The notes: generated by a model from the sequence alone, not told the origin. A stretch of 64,000 nt of DNA from Takakia lepidozioides (GCA_030704615.1 CM060731.1:59768001-59832000), one strand, 5' to 3'; shown: positions 21,440 through 35,208, numbered from the stretch's first letter. A program made the numbers and translations.

Positions 21440-22610
21440 TTGACATGATACTGCCAATGTGACAACAGGAAAGTATCCAGAAACAAGTCACGAAGACGAG
21501 GAGAAGTTGTGGAATGAATACTTTTCCAACCCCAGTCAATGGTGGGACAACCGAGGGAAAAAGGTTAATGCCTGTTAGATTATAGAGAGCAGACGCAATT
21601 CAGCATAGGAACTAGTGTGATAAGCTGAGTTGGGTGTTTCCTAGAACAAATCTAGGCTGTCATTATCAGCTGCAAGGCAAGGAAGTATGCATGATTTGTG
21701 CAGAAGCAGTGATAGCTGAAAGAGCAGGGATAGAGTATGGGTCCAGATTCATCCAAGAGGGCCAGATTTCAAGCACATGATTACCTATGATTACCTGTGG
21801 ATCAATAGCTATAAGAAACCTGCATGGGTAGATGGTGAACTGGAAGCCGCAGGTGTAGCGGCACAATTGATAAAATCAGGCACGCTAATAAAGGCACCTT
21901 CTTCAACACATTTCACCTTGTTTTTCCCTCTTATCAAAACCAGCCCTAAATTTCAATGTCTGCAAGTTAGCTGGTTGAGTGAATCTAGTTTGGAGTGACT
22001 TTGACATTATATTGCCAATGTGACAACAGGAAAGTATCGAAAAACAGTTAACGGAGATGAGGGGAAGCTGTGGAATGAATACTTTTCTGACCCCAGTCAA
22101 TGGTGGGACAACCGAGGCCAAAAGCTAAATGCCTGTTGGATTACAGAGAGTAGCAGATGCAATTGAGAATAGGAACTAGTGTGATAAGTTGAGTTGGGTG
22201 TTTGCTGGAACAAATGTAGGCTGTCATTGTCAGCTGTTAACAGCAATGCAAGGATATATGCATGATCTGTGCAGAGGCATGGATAGCTGAAGGAGCAAGG
22301 ATAGAGTGTGGGTCCAGATCATCCAAGAGAGCCGGATTTCAAGCTCCAGATTACCGATGATTCCCTGTGGAAGGATAGCTACAAGAAACCTGCATGGGTA
22401 GATGGTCATGGGTAGATGGTAGATAGTTTGGAGTGACTTTAACATGATACTGCCAAAGTGACAATAGGAAAGTATCCATAAACAGGTAACAGAGATGAGG
22501 AGAAGCTGTGGAATGAACTTTTCTGACCCCAGTCAATGGTGGGACAACACAGGCAAAAAGGTGAATGCTTGTTAGATTACAGAAAGTAGCAGACGCAATT
22601 CAGCATAGGC
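21440..22610 (+). pseudogene. Tandemly triplicated exon-intron fragment of an OSB-type organellar ssDNA-binding protein (PDF motif)
   Basis: EEKLWNEYFSNPSQWWDNRGKK, then an intron, then IHPRGPDFKHMITYDYLWINSYKKPAWV. Units start near 21440, 22000 and 22440. Confidence 0.8.
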
Positions 22611-22737
22611 ACTAAGGCAAACTCTCCTTCCCCGGAAGGGTGTGTTTTGGTATCTGAGCGAATAAATATTTTATCTAAGAATATGATTTCAAAATTCGTT
22701 ATTTAATAATGTGCCACTGTCCCCTGTTGGTCAAAAG

Positions 22738-22786
22738 TAATAATAATAATTATTATTATTATTATTATAGTAATTATAATAACAAT
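22738..22786. repeat. (TAA)n/(TTA)n microsatellite
   Basis: Seen directly in the sequence. Confidence 0.9.
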
Positions 22787-23189
22787 AAATTAAATCCCCA
22801 ACCCCCCCACAGCGACGCTTGTCAATTGATATGAGAAACCACGTGTCAAAATCGTGATGCGACGCGTGCTGACGTCTAATTCCCTCCTCTGCAGTCGGGA
22901 TGGCGTCGCAGTCTGACACGTGGACGTGGTGTGTTCTGTAGAGAGCACGTGTCTCTCTTACATAGCGGCTGACATGGACCCGTTCAGTCATTCAGTAACG
23001 CCAGCGTGTATGACTACCCCCACAGCTGCTCAGGCGCCACGTCACAGCCAGGCTGGCGAGTCATATCTGCCATGCCACAACTGACTAGGGTTTTACGACT
23101 GTAGAGTCATGAAGTCGTAAATGGCTTTCATAAGTGCATTTGCAGTCATAACACAGAGTCGTAAAAGCCACAATCTGTTGTAGTGTACC

Positions 23190-23499
23190 CTAGGAATCAA
23201 CAACTTTGCTGAGTGGGACAAACATATGTATAAGGCCTTGATGGGATACAGGATGGGGGTACAAGCCACCACCAACTTCTCCCCTTTTCAGGTTCTGACT
23301 GGGAGGTTGCCTAGGTTAGGCATTGACAATGAGTTGAAGCAGTTGTCAGAGCCAGTGGAGGATAGCGACTCACCGGAGGCCATGGCTGTGATGATGAGCA
23401 AGAAGGTGCAATTCCTTCATGAGCTCAAGCACAAATTGAAATCCAATGTCAAGAAGGGTCAGCAACGCCAAGCACGAGGCTATGAACACAATAAGCTAG
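23190..23499 (+). mobile_element. Gypsy integrase C-terminal fragment, cut by a CACTA end
   Basis: Reads EWDKHMYKALMGYRMGVQATTNFSPFQVLTGRLPRL. Confidence 0.75.
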
Positions 23500-25082
23500 C
23501 ACTAGAAGAAAAACGCGGAATAACCACTGGCCCTTTAACCACTACTGTCTTTTTCCACTCTATAAACCACTAGTAACCACTTGCCAGTGGTTAATCCCAT
23601 TGAAATGCCACGGTGGCATCACAGATAGTGGTTGGAAGTGGTTTCAACCACTCAGTAGTCCACGTGTAATAATTTGTTTTTATTTATTATTATTTATTTG
23701 GTAATATATTTTAATTAATAAATATAATATTCCACGTGGACGAGTGCAGTGGTACATTGTGAGTTGTTATAGACACCTCAGTGATGGTAAGTGGTTGAAA
23801 CCACTTGCTACTCCACGTGTAATAATTCAAATTTTATTTGTGATTTATGATTTGGAAATATATTTTAATTCATAAATATAATATTCCATGTGGACGGGGA
23901 CAGTGCCCGTTGATGTTGAGTGGTTAAAGACACCTCATTGTTTTGTACCACTTTGATAGTGGTGGAGAGTGGGCAATGCAGTAATTGGAACCACTATTCT
24001 AGTGGTTGATCATGAGTGGTTGCCTACATAACAGTGATTGGTACCACTTTTTGGGTGATACATGAAAAACTTTAAGTGGTTTGTGCAGTTGTGATAGACT
24101 TTGAAAAAAACAGACAAGTGGCCAGACCATTGTGGGATGATGCTATTGAACAAATGGTTCCAACAATAAACTTTATTCTGAATTTGAAACATATTCGTCA
24201 CCCTCTGAATCACTTTGCTCAACTGGAATAGCGGTTGGTTGCACAAATGCCGCTTGAATGGTAGCCAACATAGCCAGGTCTTCTTTATTTAGAGCCGTGG
24301 GACCATCTAATGACCTAGGTATTGGCAGATTTGATAAGGTAGACGTCGATTGGCACGCCACTCATCACCACATGCCTCTCTGTCTGCTGTGAACTGTGTC
24401 TTCTCTGTTGCATACTTTTTGTCACAAAATGACAACAAGAATGACACATGTTAGCAATGAAATATTGCATTACTTAGCAAAAAATACCTAGCATGAATGA
24501 TACTTTGAAAACCACTGTTTCAAACCACTGGAGGAGTGAGCAGAATGACTTGTAAGTGAACATGCTCTTCCAACAATTCACTCACTCAGACATTCCGTTA
24601 CTATAGCATTGGTTATAATCAGGATGAACCACTGACATTTGTGACTTTGTGGGTGGTTTGATTACACTGGCGACAATCAGAATTGAAATTGAACTTGATA
24701 TGAATAAGCTGCAATGAAAAGAAGTACTCATTGCACCCAATGAGCCCATGACATTGGTATTGTTCAGCACATACAAAATTTGTGCTGCATCTCTCCCAGC
24801 TCCAGTCATGTCATGTTTTTTGCCGACACCTTCGAAGACCTCGTCCTCAACCCCTTCCTCCGCATTTGCATCCCAAGTCCGTCGTTGAGTTGCATCAAAT
24901 GATTGCATATACTCAGTCATGAACCCCATGGCCTCATCCAGAACATACCCTGTAGCCGTACTCCCTTCTGGCTTTGCGTAATTCTTAATGTATCCCTTAA
25001 GATCTTTCATATAACGCTCCATGGGATACATCCACCGTGAAGACACCGGATGAACAGTTTTGTTTATCTCCATGGAATACAT
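23500..25082 (-). mobile_element. CACTA/EnSpm element end plus transposase fragment (DUF4218-like region)
   Basis: Terminus CACTAGAAGAAAA at 23500, followed by many AACCACT/AGTGGTT subterminal motifs. ORF 24582-25082 contains PVSSRWMYPMERYMKDLKGYIKNYAKPEGS. Confidence 0.85.
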
Positions 25083-25156
25083 CTATGTGCTCACTTGTAA
25101 CCACTAAAATGAATTTAAAAAAAAAATCAAAATGCAAAAGATTAAAAAAAAAACAC

Positions 25157-25335
25157 ATCGGCTGGTAAGTGCAGAGTGTGTTGCCCTGGTGGTTCAGGGT
25201 TCAAACCCGCTGCATTACCCTATGTGTAGGATTGTTTGTGACGACGGTATGTCTAGGCGTTGATCCTCCTGTAGTTCTCATGGCCCATAAATGAAAGAGG
25301 GTTAATTTTTCCCCCTCCTCAAGGGCCTGAGGTTT
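25157..25335 (+). mobile_element. Diverged copy of a tRNA-derived SINE-like repeat
   Basis: B-box-like GGTTCAAACCC and a tail GAAAGAGGGTTAATTTTTCCCCCTCCTCAAGGGCCTGA similar to the copies at ~35870 and ~59400. Confidence 0.4.
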
Positions 25336-25789
25336 CAACACTATTTTAATTAATTCTGGACTTTTGGCTTAAATCTGGACTAAATTTAATATATATTTGT
25401 ATTAAAATTAATTGAAATATTAATAATATCATGGTGTAATGTGTATTGAACTTTGTGAAATTTCAGGTGATGTCATACTTGTTTCAAAATGTGTCATATA
25501 AGAGATCCATTTGACATTGAAGTGCTCAATGTGAAGTAGCAGTATTGAACAATTCATTGAACGTCCACTTGGAAGTCGAATAAAATAAAACCCTTGCAGG
25601 ATCAAGATAAACAAATGGGTCGCATCGAACATGGGTCAAACTCGTACTCTACCATACTCAATACAACTTGCTAGTAATTTTATTGATTGAATCTTCATAT
25701 GAAGCACAATGTTCACATACCACGCCATTGGAATGAATCATGTTTTGGATCTGACAAGGCAGTAAAATATTAGAATAATATGAAACATT

Positions 25790-27440
25790 CAGAAGAGGTA
25801 CTAGGGTAGTACAATAAGGTTTGGGGTGTAACTAGAGAGAAGTGTAATAAGGTTTGGGTTTACAGTAAGGATAAGGGTTTAGGGTTTGGATTTAGGGTAC
25901 AAAAGACAAACAAATATGATGGACTCACACTCGGTAGAATTAAGAAATGGTTGAGGAATTTGATATCCCTGTAATCATTGTATCATACCTTATCCAACAA
26001 AAGAAAATATTAAAAGAGCATGAAACATTGAGAAGAGGTAACATGGTAGTACAATAAGGTTTGGAGTGTAACTAGGGTAGTATACTAAAGTTATTGGTTT
26101 ATGGTAAGATTAATGGTTTAGGGGTGATGGTAAAGGTAGGGTTTTCGGTTTGGGTTTAAGAACACTATTGGACAAACAAATATGGAAGACTCACAGTCGC
26201 TAGAACTTGGTGTGTGTTAGTAGGATATAAAAATAAAAATAAAAATGGAGAAACAAATATTATGGAAGAGTCATTGGGCCGGAGAAGTATTTAGATTGAG
26301 GATTCGTCCTTGGAACCTGGTATTAAGATACATATGGTTATGGTATGGATACTTCATTCCCATTTGCAGGGGAAGGGTAAGGGTTTAGACGTAACAATGG
26401 CGTAGGGTTTTGTTTAGGGTTCCCGACGAGGGTTTAGGGTTTGGGTTGAAGGCAGAAATGGTGAGCATACATGCCGGAAGACTCGCACTCGTTACAACTT
26501 AATGTTGTTAGTAAGGTAGTACTAAGCAAAATAAAAATGAAGAACCTAATATTATGAAAGTGTAGTCATTGCATCGGACAAGTATTTAAATGAAAGACTC
26601 GTCCTTGGAACCTGGTATTAAGATACATAGAAAGCAAAGTTCGATAAAAAAAGGTAAGTGCATGTTTATCTAAACCAAAGGCAAAATCTTGCACAAGGTG
26701 AAGGGCGAAGAGATTTGAATAACCATAAATAGTTATGGTTATGGTATGGATACTTCATTCCCAGTTGCAGGGGAAGGGTAAGGGTTTAGACGTAACAATG
26801 GCATAGGGTTTTCGACGAGGGTTTAGGGCTTGGGTTGAAGGCAGAAATGGTGAGCATACATGCCGGAAGACTCGCACTTGCTACAACTTAGTGTGTGTTA
26901 GTATGGTACAAAATGGAAATTTGGTTACATTGAAGTGATTTGGATAACTAAAATGGTTATGGTTATGGTATGGATAGTTGATTCCCATTTGCAAAGGGAA
27001 AGGAAAGGGTTCTAGGGTATTGGGTTAAGGGTAAATGTTTAGGGTTTTCTAGTAAGGGTTTAGGGTAAGGGTTTAGGTTTTTGTTTAAGTTACAAAATAG
27101 ACAAACACTTATGGAAAACTCCAGACTTTGCTAGAACTTAGTGTTGTTAGTAGGGTACTAGTAAGCAAAAAAAAAATGAAGAACCTACTATTATGGACAA
27201 GTATTTAAATGAAAGACTCGTCGTTGGAACCTGGACCTAGTATTAAGATGTAACATAGAAAGCAAACTGTAACATGCCTAAATGCATGTCAATCCAAAAG
27301 AAAGGAAAAAACTAGCGCAAATGTGAAGGGAGAAGACATTTCAATAACCATAATGGTTATGGTTATGGCTATGGTTATGATATGAATAGTTCATGGGACA
27401 TTTGCAGAAAAGGGTGAGGGTTAGGGGTAATGCTAACAAA
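25790..27440. repeat. Degenerate tandem repeats (~250-420-bp units) rich in TTTAGGG/GGTTT and ATGGTT motifs
   Basis: For example, 26335-26510 is nearly identical to 26737-26905. Recurrent GGTTTAGGG and (ATGGTT)n. Confidence 0.8.
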
Positions 27441-28315
27441 AAAAGCAAGGTACTATAAAAAAAAGGTATGTCAATCCTAAATCCTAAATTGCCAAAAAAC
27501 CAAAAAAAAAAAACACACTATGAGATTTGGAAAGAAAATGGCGTTATATAACGACTTTTGGGAAGCGCCTGGGTCTCATGGGAGAAAATGGATCTAAAGA
27601 AAACATGAGAGAGGATAAAAAGTCAGACCACCAAATAAAAACTATGAGAAATAAAAACTATGAGAAATAAAAATTGATTAAAATTTGAACAACGGAAAAG
27701 GACACGTGAAATTCCCTCTTAAACCAGGGCCAAAGATGAGAAGTATGAAAATGAAATGAAATGAAATGAAAATTTGGTGCAGAAAAGTTGTAGAGCTTAG
27801 AGGGAAAATGGAGGAAAACCTCAGAGAAAAAACGACTAGCAAATTGAAAAGTATGTCAACAACGATTGGGTAAGGCTCCTCCTAGTGGGAGATTTCAGTG
27901 TGAGAATTGGTTATGCGAAAAGCAAGTCCAATGTTTCAGAGAAGGACTGGAAATAGGCTATTTTCTTCCGTTGTTAAAAACCTCTTTGACCGAATTTGAA
28001 GACTTCAGTGGTCATGCCCGCCCATTTTGTTCTTGTGATCTATATGTTATGTAGGCGAAACTCCCCCACATGGTATTCTTTGTTGACCAGGATATACAGC
28101 AGGCCAGAATCCAGAAAACCAGAAATAAAGGACGAGAACGTCCACTGGACATTCGAGGTTCAGTGCGACACATGAAGGTTGCAAAAATGATCCCCCAACG
28201 CAAACAAGAAGGACCATATAGAGAAGAAAAAAATTATTTCTTAAATCGAAGTACTGGAGTTGACCTCAACAATATGTTCTTGGTCTGGAACTCGCTCGCA
28301 CGACTCGCTTTCTGA

Positions 28316-31300
28316 CTAACGATTAGCCTCCTCTAAAGTAGCGCGCGCCTTCACTGCTTCGGCGGCAGTAATTCTCCTAGTGCTATTCTTTGTCGTATTT
28401 TTCCGTGGAGGCATTGTCCACACAACATTGTTCACGTGGATCCATTGAGGAGGATCTGTCGAGTTATACTCCCAAAGTTTTGACCAACAGTCCCTGTACC
28501 TTTCCAAGTCTGTTGGGTTACCACATTTTCTCGATCTCCACCACTCCACCTTCACCTTCTTAAAATTAGGATCCTCCTTTTTGCGGATCACGTCAGATGT
28601 TGCCACCCCCATCCAGACCGGGCACGTACTTGGGTCATGAGGGCGAATGAGCACAAAGAACCCTTTCTCAATATCCTTGAACAGATTCAGGGATATTCTT
28701 GGTCGCTCACACCTCGGGCCACAGTAAGGTTCTAGGATTTCATCCTCTTCTTCCACATCTGGCACTATATGTGGATGGATTCCATCTCTGTGATGATTCT
28801 TGGACCAATTTGTTTTCGGCCAGAATCCCTCAAGAAGCTGAATATGCTCGGGAGCTTCTGGAATTGGCTTATCCAGCTCGGCGAAAATGTTTCCCCAGTA
28901 CAGGTCGTATTGTTCCATTCAACCTCTGTAATGATCGTCAAGCATCATTCATTTCGTCCAAAAATCCCTGTATTTTTTTATTCCATTCTTAATGAATGAC
29001 TGTTTTTTGGAGGAGTCGTCCCCAACTCCCCAGATAGGTCTCCTTGGAACGGCGTCTGGGTCTCCTTCAGGGAGCTTGGGAGTCCTGTCAGGATTGGACT
29101 TCCGCATCTTCACGCTATTGTTTGTTGGAAGCCAATCCGAATTAGTAGCAGACTTCTTGTACTTCATGACGGGCCAGCCCTTGGCATCCTTAAAAAAGCG
29201 GAGGACGTGCATCTCCGAGATCCCGACCAACGCCTCATTTCCATCCAGAATACAGCCCTTGACAAAATTCTTGAAGTCGGGAACCTCCTGAATAATCTGT
29301 GGAATGAACTGCAGATCTTGCGAGGTCATAAAAGACCTCATCAAATCCGAAAGAATGTAGGTGCTTTGTTCCTTCATCTTCTTCGAAAGATAGCTAAATA
29401 ACCCGTCGATGTCCTCATGGGTGTGTCCGACCATTAGGAACCCTAGTTGGATTTCTTCAAAAACATCTTTGGCGGTCAGGAGGGATAGAAAAGCAAGCAT
29501 CCATCTGTTCTTATTGTCCTTCGCGGAATCCATTTGCAAGTACAGTCTTCTCGGAAGTGGACGAGCACCACGTTTGTCTTCTGGCCTGCAGGGTTTCAGA
29601 GCATCCAAACATCTCGATTTACCTCTTAAAAGTGATTCGAAAAACTCGTTTTGAAGTCGGTAACCGAAAATGTTCCTGGACTCGTGCTTCTCCAGCTGCA
29701 GGCAACAGGCCAAAGAACCAATTGTAAAGTTTGAATTTCCTTTCCAGAACTCAAGAGAATACTGTCCATAAGCACCATCACAGTGTCCATGCGTGACCAT
29801 TCCCGTTAGTGAAACTGGAAGCTGACCCAATCTAGAAATCATCTTGTTAGGAGTCTGTAGCCTTGGAACAGCTGTTTTCCTATGATCCATTTTGTCGTGA
29901 ATAATACAGAGAAACTCCTCCGGAATCATAGCAGACTCATTCCTCCAACTATGGTACAGTCTTTTGCACGAATCTTGGTGCCTCAAATGTTTATCAAGAG
30001 CTCGTTTGTGTGTCACCTGTTCCACACTTCTCTTGACAGACTTTCTGATCAGGTCTTTTAATATCTCACACTCCGTGCACTCCGTGCACTTCGCAAATGT
30101 ACTCATAGTTTTACGAACCTCCACGTTAGGAAATATCCGACTCCGGATGCGGCTAACAGCCGACTGCGAGACTCCTTCCAACCCGAATAGTCTGTTGGAC
30201 TGTTACAATAAGGCAAGGTCAGGAAAGGAACGTCCACTGGACAGTGGAGGTTCATGAAGCTAGAACCACAGTCGAAAGAGACAAAATCGAATAGATGAGC
30301 ATCCAAATTGAATTAGAAAAGACTTCCAGGAAAGAAATTGAAGAATGGAGATTTCATACCTCGTTGGACTCGTCTCGTATTCGCTTCCAGTTCATTTCAG
30401 GTGGTAAGACTCTCAAGTATCCCTTCTTCCCTCCCCAATGCATCTTGTCTTATGGGGCATGAGGTCAGTATTTCCGTTGATAATGGACATAATGTTACCC
30501 TCTGCCTGAAGCGTCATTGGGCGTGGCCTCTTCACTCCACGGTTCCCATGGAGACTTGACAACCAACCTTGTTTACTCAACTTTTTGTACTCCATGTATG
30601 TGGACCTGCCAATTCCATGAATTTTCCACCAAGCAGTCTCACAAACATCCACACCCTCAATCGTAACGTATGCCCTGCGAGAAGTCCCTTCCAGCATGTG
30701 AAGTCGTTTTGAAACATTTAGTCCGTGTTCTCTCCTCTCATCGAAAGTGGATCCCCAAAACGAAGTACGGATAGCCAAGGTTTTTCGCCAATCGAAATAT
30801 TGAAAGCAGTGAAGTCTGCAGCAAGGTCTGCTGCTCACGGACCGGACTTCCTCGAGAGTAAGATTCTTCATTTTTTTTTTGGAGTGTTCCAAATCTCGAT
30901 CCCTCTTCTTCCTCGTAAAATGCCGATACGCCGCTTTCTTCACACCTGCCTCATGATCTTCGTACAAGATGCTGTCGGAGGATCTAATAAAATTCTTCAC
31001 ATCATTTTAGAGTAGTCTCCCACTTTCCAAAAGTCGTATTTTTGTTAAAGACCATTTTACAAGATGAGGATCACCTCGTCCGGAATGCAGGCTTGAATCC
31101 TCCCCTCGAACAGTGCATCTCCATCATCACCCAACAGTACGCACTGCAAGTTTCTCCAGTTGTTTCTTTCGAGTCCTCCGCTCGGATTCCCGGAACTCTT
31201 CGATGGTCTGTGGTTTGGCTCATCCTCGTCGACGTTAGAATTCTCGGCAGTATCCCTTGTCTCCGGCATAAAATCAGGATTCATGTCAGGCCCTCCTTAA

Positions 31301-31611
31301 TACTCGTTATTCTCCGCATGAACTTCGTCAACATTCCACACCACCGGGGTCCCAATTGCCTCCTTCAAGGTGTCAGCATCCATATGTCCATAAGGAAGAG
31401 GACATAATGAGTGTGCTTCATCAGAGGAGATGAGAACCACTGAAATGGTTGAGGAAGATAATTGGTGTCCATGACAGGTCCCAACCCCGGAGACATTAAG
31501 GCAGTCCCCAGTGGCTACTAGAGATGAAGACCCATGAAGAGTAAGAAACACTCTTTGACCCGTCTCTAAGCTCATGATCACCGGAACCTCCACTGCACAC
31601 GCGAGGTTCAA
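28316..31611 (-). pseudogene. Sola1-like DDE transposase (frameshifted) preceded by Tnp1/En-Spm-like domains
   Basis: Catalytic-region motifs CIIHDKMD, LYLQMDSAKDNKNRW and FLMVGHTHEDIDGLFS. N-terminal CCRLHCF...VCETAWWKIHGI. Upstream ORF 31297-31611 has VATG...CHGHQL...CPLPY...TLKEAIGTPVVW. Confidence 0.7.
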
Positions 31612-33095
31612 GAAACTGAAAACCCCTCCGTGACGACCTTACTTACAGTAATAAGTAGTATGAGTTAAGACTATATTCAGAGATGAATCAATACAATAAA
31701 AGGAAATACACTCGCGTATGAACGTTTCAGATAAGTAGAATAGAAATGGAATTACTGTTTGGTCTGGAACATGTCATTGTGTCTAATTATATAACCTCCA
31801 CTGTACAGTGGAGGTTGGATGAGATAATAATGAAAAAAGTCGGATGGATGAATACTAGTGGATGAACATGGTCACATGGATGAATAATGGTAATGACGGA
31901 TGAATGTGAGCATTGATGCGACTGTCCAGTGGAGGTCCACAACTTGAGATATGACGAAATACAGAAATTGAAGAGTATTGGACTGTAACTTCTAAACATG
32001 CAAATGAGAAATAAGTAGATTTTCCTGTAGAATATCAAAAACACACAGATGTCATAACATTTTGTGCTGGAGAAAATGCAGTTCACACGAGAGATTATGG
32101 AAATTCAGAGAGGTACACCTGCGATGGCCACAGAGGTACAGGATGCTCAGAGAGGTGCACTATGGGAAGTGAGGTGGGAGATGACCAGAGAGGTGTGGGA
32201 AACACAATCTGCAAGTGAGAGGTATGGAGATAGAAGTTTGAACAGTTTGCACTCAGACCTTATATAGAGGTGGAAACCAGGTTGCCCGCTGGAACTCTTC
32301 CAATGGGATAGTGCGATACATTGTCTCGCGGATCGATTTCCATCGCCGTTGATATCCGATATGGCCACAATCGAACGGTTCTGGATGGTGCAGGCCCAAA
32401 ACCAGAATGGAAATTCAATAATTGGGTTGACTTAATAAGATCACCAGGAAATGTGGGGTTGTCAGATATTAAACTAGCTGCCGACGAAATATGTGGAATT
32501 ATAAAGCTATGTGAAATTCACGGAATTTCAACAATTGGGTCGACTTAATAAGACGACTGGGATAATGTCGGATATTGAAATGTGAATGAGGCAATTTACT
32601 AGTAGCCTACAAAATATGTGGAACAAAGCTTTCCCTATGTGAAAATAGCTAGTGTTTCTAGCTATTTTGGAACTCATTCACCCACAAGGGTTTTGGTTGA
32701 GAATGTCTCAGGCCCAGAGGTAGTAAACAAGCACGGAAACACAAGAAGTGGGTCGACTTATTAGTTGCTTGCTCATATGTATAGACATACCGCAACTCAA
32801 CAAAGCTTTCACATTTAGCATACATGTCTTATATCATCTAGCTATTTTGGAACCAGTTCACTAGACAAGGGTTTTTGGTTGGGTTTCTCCATCCTAGGCC
32901 AGGTAGTAAAAACTACGTAATGTATGTCTCTCTTTCTGGGGAGTCTTCTAGGCTGGAATCTCGCAGCCAGTGGTTCCACTATGTAATACACTTCAGCCGT
33001 AGGATCAAGTTAACACAAGATTAACTTATGGCGTCCATTTCTTCCTAACGAATTCTGAGGGATCTACCACTGTTGTGCTGGTAGTGCTTGTTTAA

Positions 33096-34297
33096 CCCTT
33101 AAGTGTCAAAACTAATTTTCACCCTCAAAACTCATTTATCTATAGAATCTCTGTGACCCTGTAAAACTGACCATTGGAATTACTTCCCACCTACCCCACC
33201 TCCTACCACAAAAAGTTTCACCAAAATCCAACTACCAGATCTGAAGATTATGAAGTGTAGAGTGGGGACAAAAAAAAATCTCCACTAAGAACTAGGTGCC
33301 GAAAAAAACAGTTTTTTGCTCGTATTTGGGCATTTTTAGTTTTTTTCTGTTTGAGAGTCTCAAGAATGTTGTTCCATACCTGATAACACACATTCTCATA
33401 AGATTTCAGTTTTTTCTGAAATGTTCTCAAGTGGGCTCCTTTGTAGTGACAAATTGGGGGGGTCAAAATATGCCATTTTCTTTGGGCAGGCCAAAATCTC
33501 TCTTTCTAAAATTATACAAAAAAATTCAGCCGGTCAATCCCTAATCCCTCCGGTTGAAATGTCACGAGCTTCCATATGAAGTCCCCGAAAAACTTTGAGG
33601 CCAATCAGCCAATGTACCGCATCCTTAGGTTCCCTGCCCAAGACTTCAAATGGCACACCTTTGGTATAGCCTGCAGGCCTAGGATATTTGGAGCCGTAGC
33701 CCAGAAGGGTGCGGGGTTTGGGAGCTCCTCTGGATAACCAGCCCTGCTTTCATGGGGGGCCACTCCACCCTCAACCCTCTCAAACCCCCACCCTAGGTTT
33801 GGCCCACCCCTTGTGGCGTTTTTCTCGAGCCCCGAGCTCTGCCGCCATCGCGGCTGCACTCCCTCCAGCCCGCCCTGCATGGCATTAGCCGGAGCTGCCA
33901 TCGCTGTGGATTCAGGCTCGGGCCCAGGCCTGGGAATGCGCAGACCTGCACCGGGCGCCATGCCCCTGCCAGGCAATCAAGGGGTTTGGGGGAGCGTGCC
34001 GCCCTAACCTTTATGGGGTATCTTTTGGTCACCCTAACCTGACCGCAGTTGCCATGTCAGCAACTTGGGCAAGTTAGGTGGGCCAAATTGGCCTCAAAAA
34101 GCTGAGTGTGCCCCCTTCCAATTGGTCCAGACCCATACCCCTTCAGGCATTGATCAATTGGCCAATGCCATATGAAGGGGGACCCGATTATCTGTCGATT
34201 GAGCCAAAAAAAAGATCAATCAGCCGTAACCACAGGAAGTTATGGCTGGTTAAAGAAACCTAACTGACCCAAAACGGGTCGGTTTGACACTTAAGGG
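33096..34297. mobile_element. Non-autonomous piggyBac-type element
   Basis: Perfect 15-bp TIR CCCTTAAGTGTCAAA/TTTGACACTTAAGGG flanked by TTAA at 33092-33095 and 34298-34301. Confidence 0.9.
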
Positions 34298-35160
34298 TTA
34301 AAGAACCTGCCCAGTCCCGGTTTTGGTTTTTTCCTTAACCAAGGGATCCGGGTTTTGGCAATTTGGAAAATCTGGGTGGGGGTCGGGTTGGGGTTTTTGA
34401 ACAAGGAGTCCAATCTGGGTCCGGGTCTGGAAAATATTACTAGCGGGTTCACGGGTTTGGACTCAACTGGGTCCTAATTAATTGATTAGGTAAATTAAAA
34501 AAATAAGATTAATTAGAGATAAAATTATTTTTGGCTGGAAAAAACTTTAAATCCTACTAGTAAATTTTATTTGAATAGAATCAATAACGTTGAGAAACAT
34601 TTTCTATGCTAGATTCCTTGGGGGGGTCACTCCCGGTATTTTCAAGACCACGTGAGAACAAATATAGGGTGCAATTTATTTTTTTGAGGTAAATTTTAGA
34701 AAATTTTACTTAGAAAATATGGTAAGGCAATATCTCTTCATCCATTTTTATTTTTTTTAAAGTCACAAAAAATCCAAAGTTTTACTTAAAAAGTTAATGT
34801 AATAAATGGTTTTATCTACAGTATAATCCTTTTGAAGTTTCTCATATTTCAGCTCCAATCCATTATGATGAAATCAGGTAGAGATCTCCTCAAGTTCAAA
34901 TATGATTCCAGTGATACAAGTGGATTGATGTTGATATTATAATCTCAACAGTGACTATGGCATTTGAACCATCTCAAAACTTGTACTCTTTAGATCCAAG
35001 TGATGTTGCGGCTTTGCAGGAGTTCGGCTAATGAAAATTAAACTTTTTCTTCGGTCTGGCATTTGACTTATGTTATATGGAATGTACTTGTTTGTGTACA
35101 TGAATTTGAAATTTTGCAATTATTTCAAAGGACAATTTAAAATAGGGTCTAATTAATTGT

Positions 35161-35164
<4 letters not shown>

Positions 35165-35204
<40 letters not shown>
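35165..35204. repeat. (TA)n microsatellite
   Basis: Seen directly in the sequence. Confidence 0.95.

Positions 35205-35208
<4 letters not shown>

Noticed and set aside
33605-34032. GC-rich ORFs inside the piggyBac MITE
   Set aside because: They have no transposase or other motifs and are expected from the high GC content.
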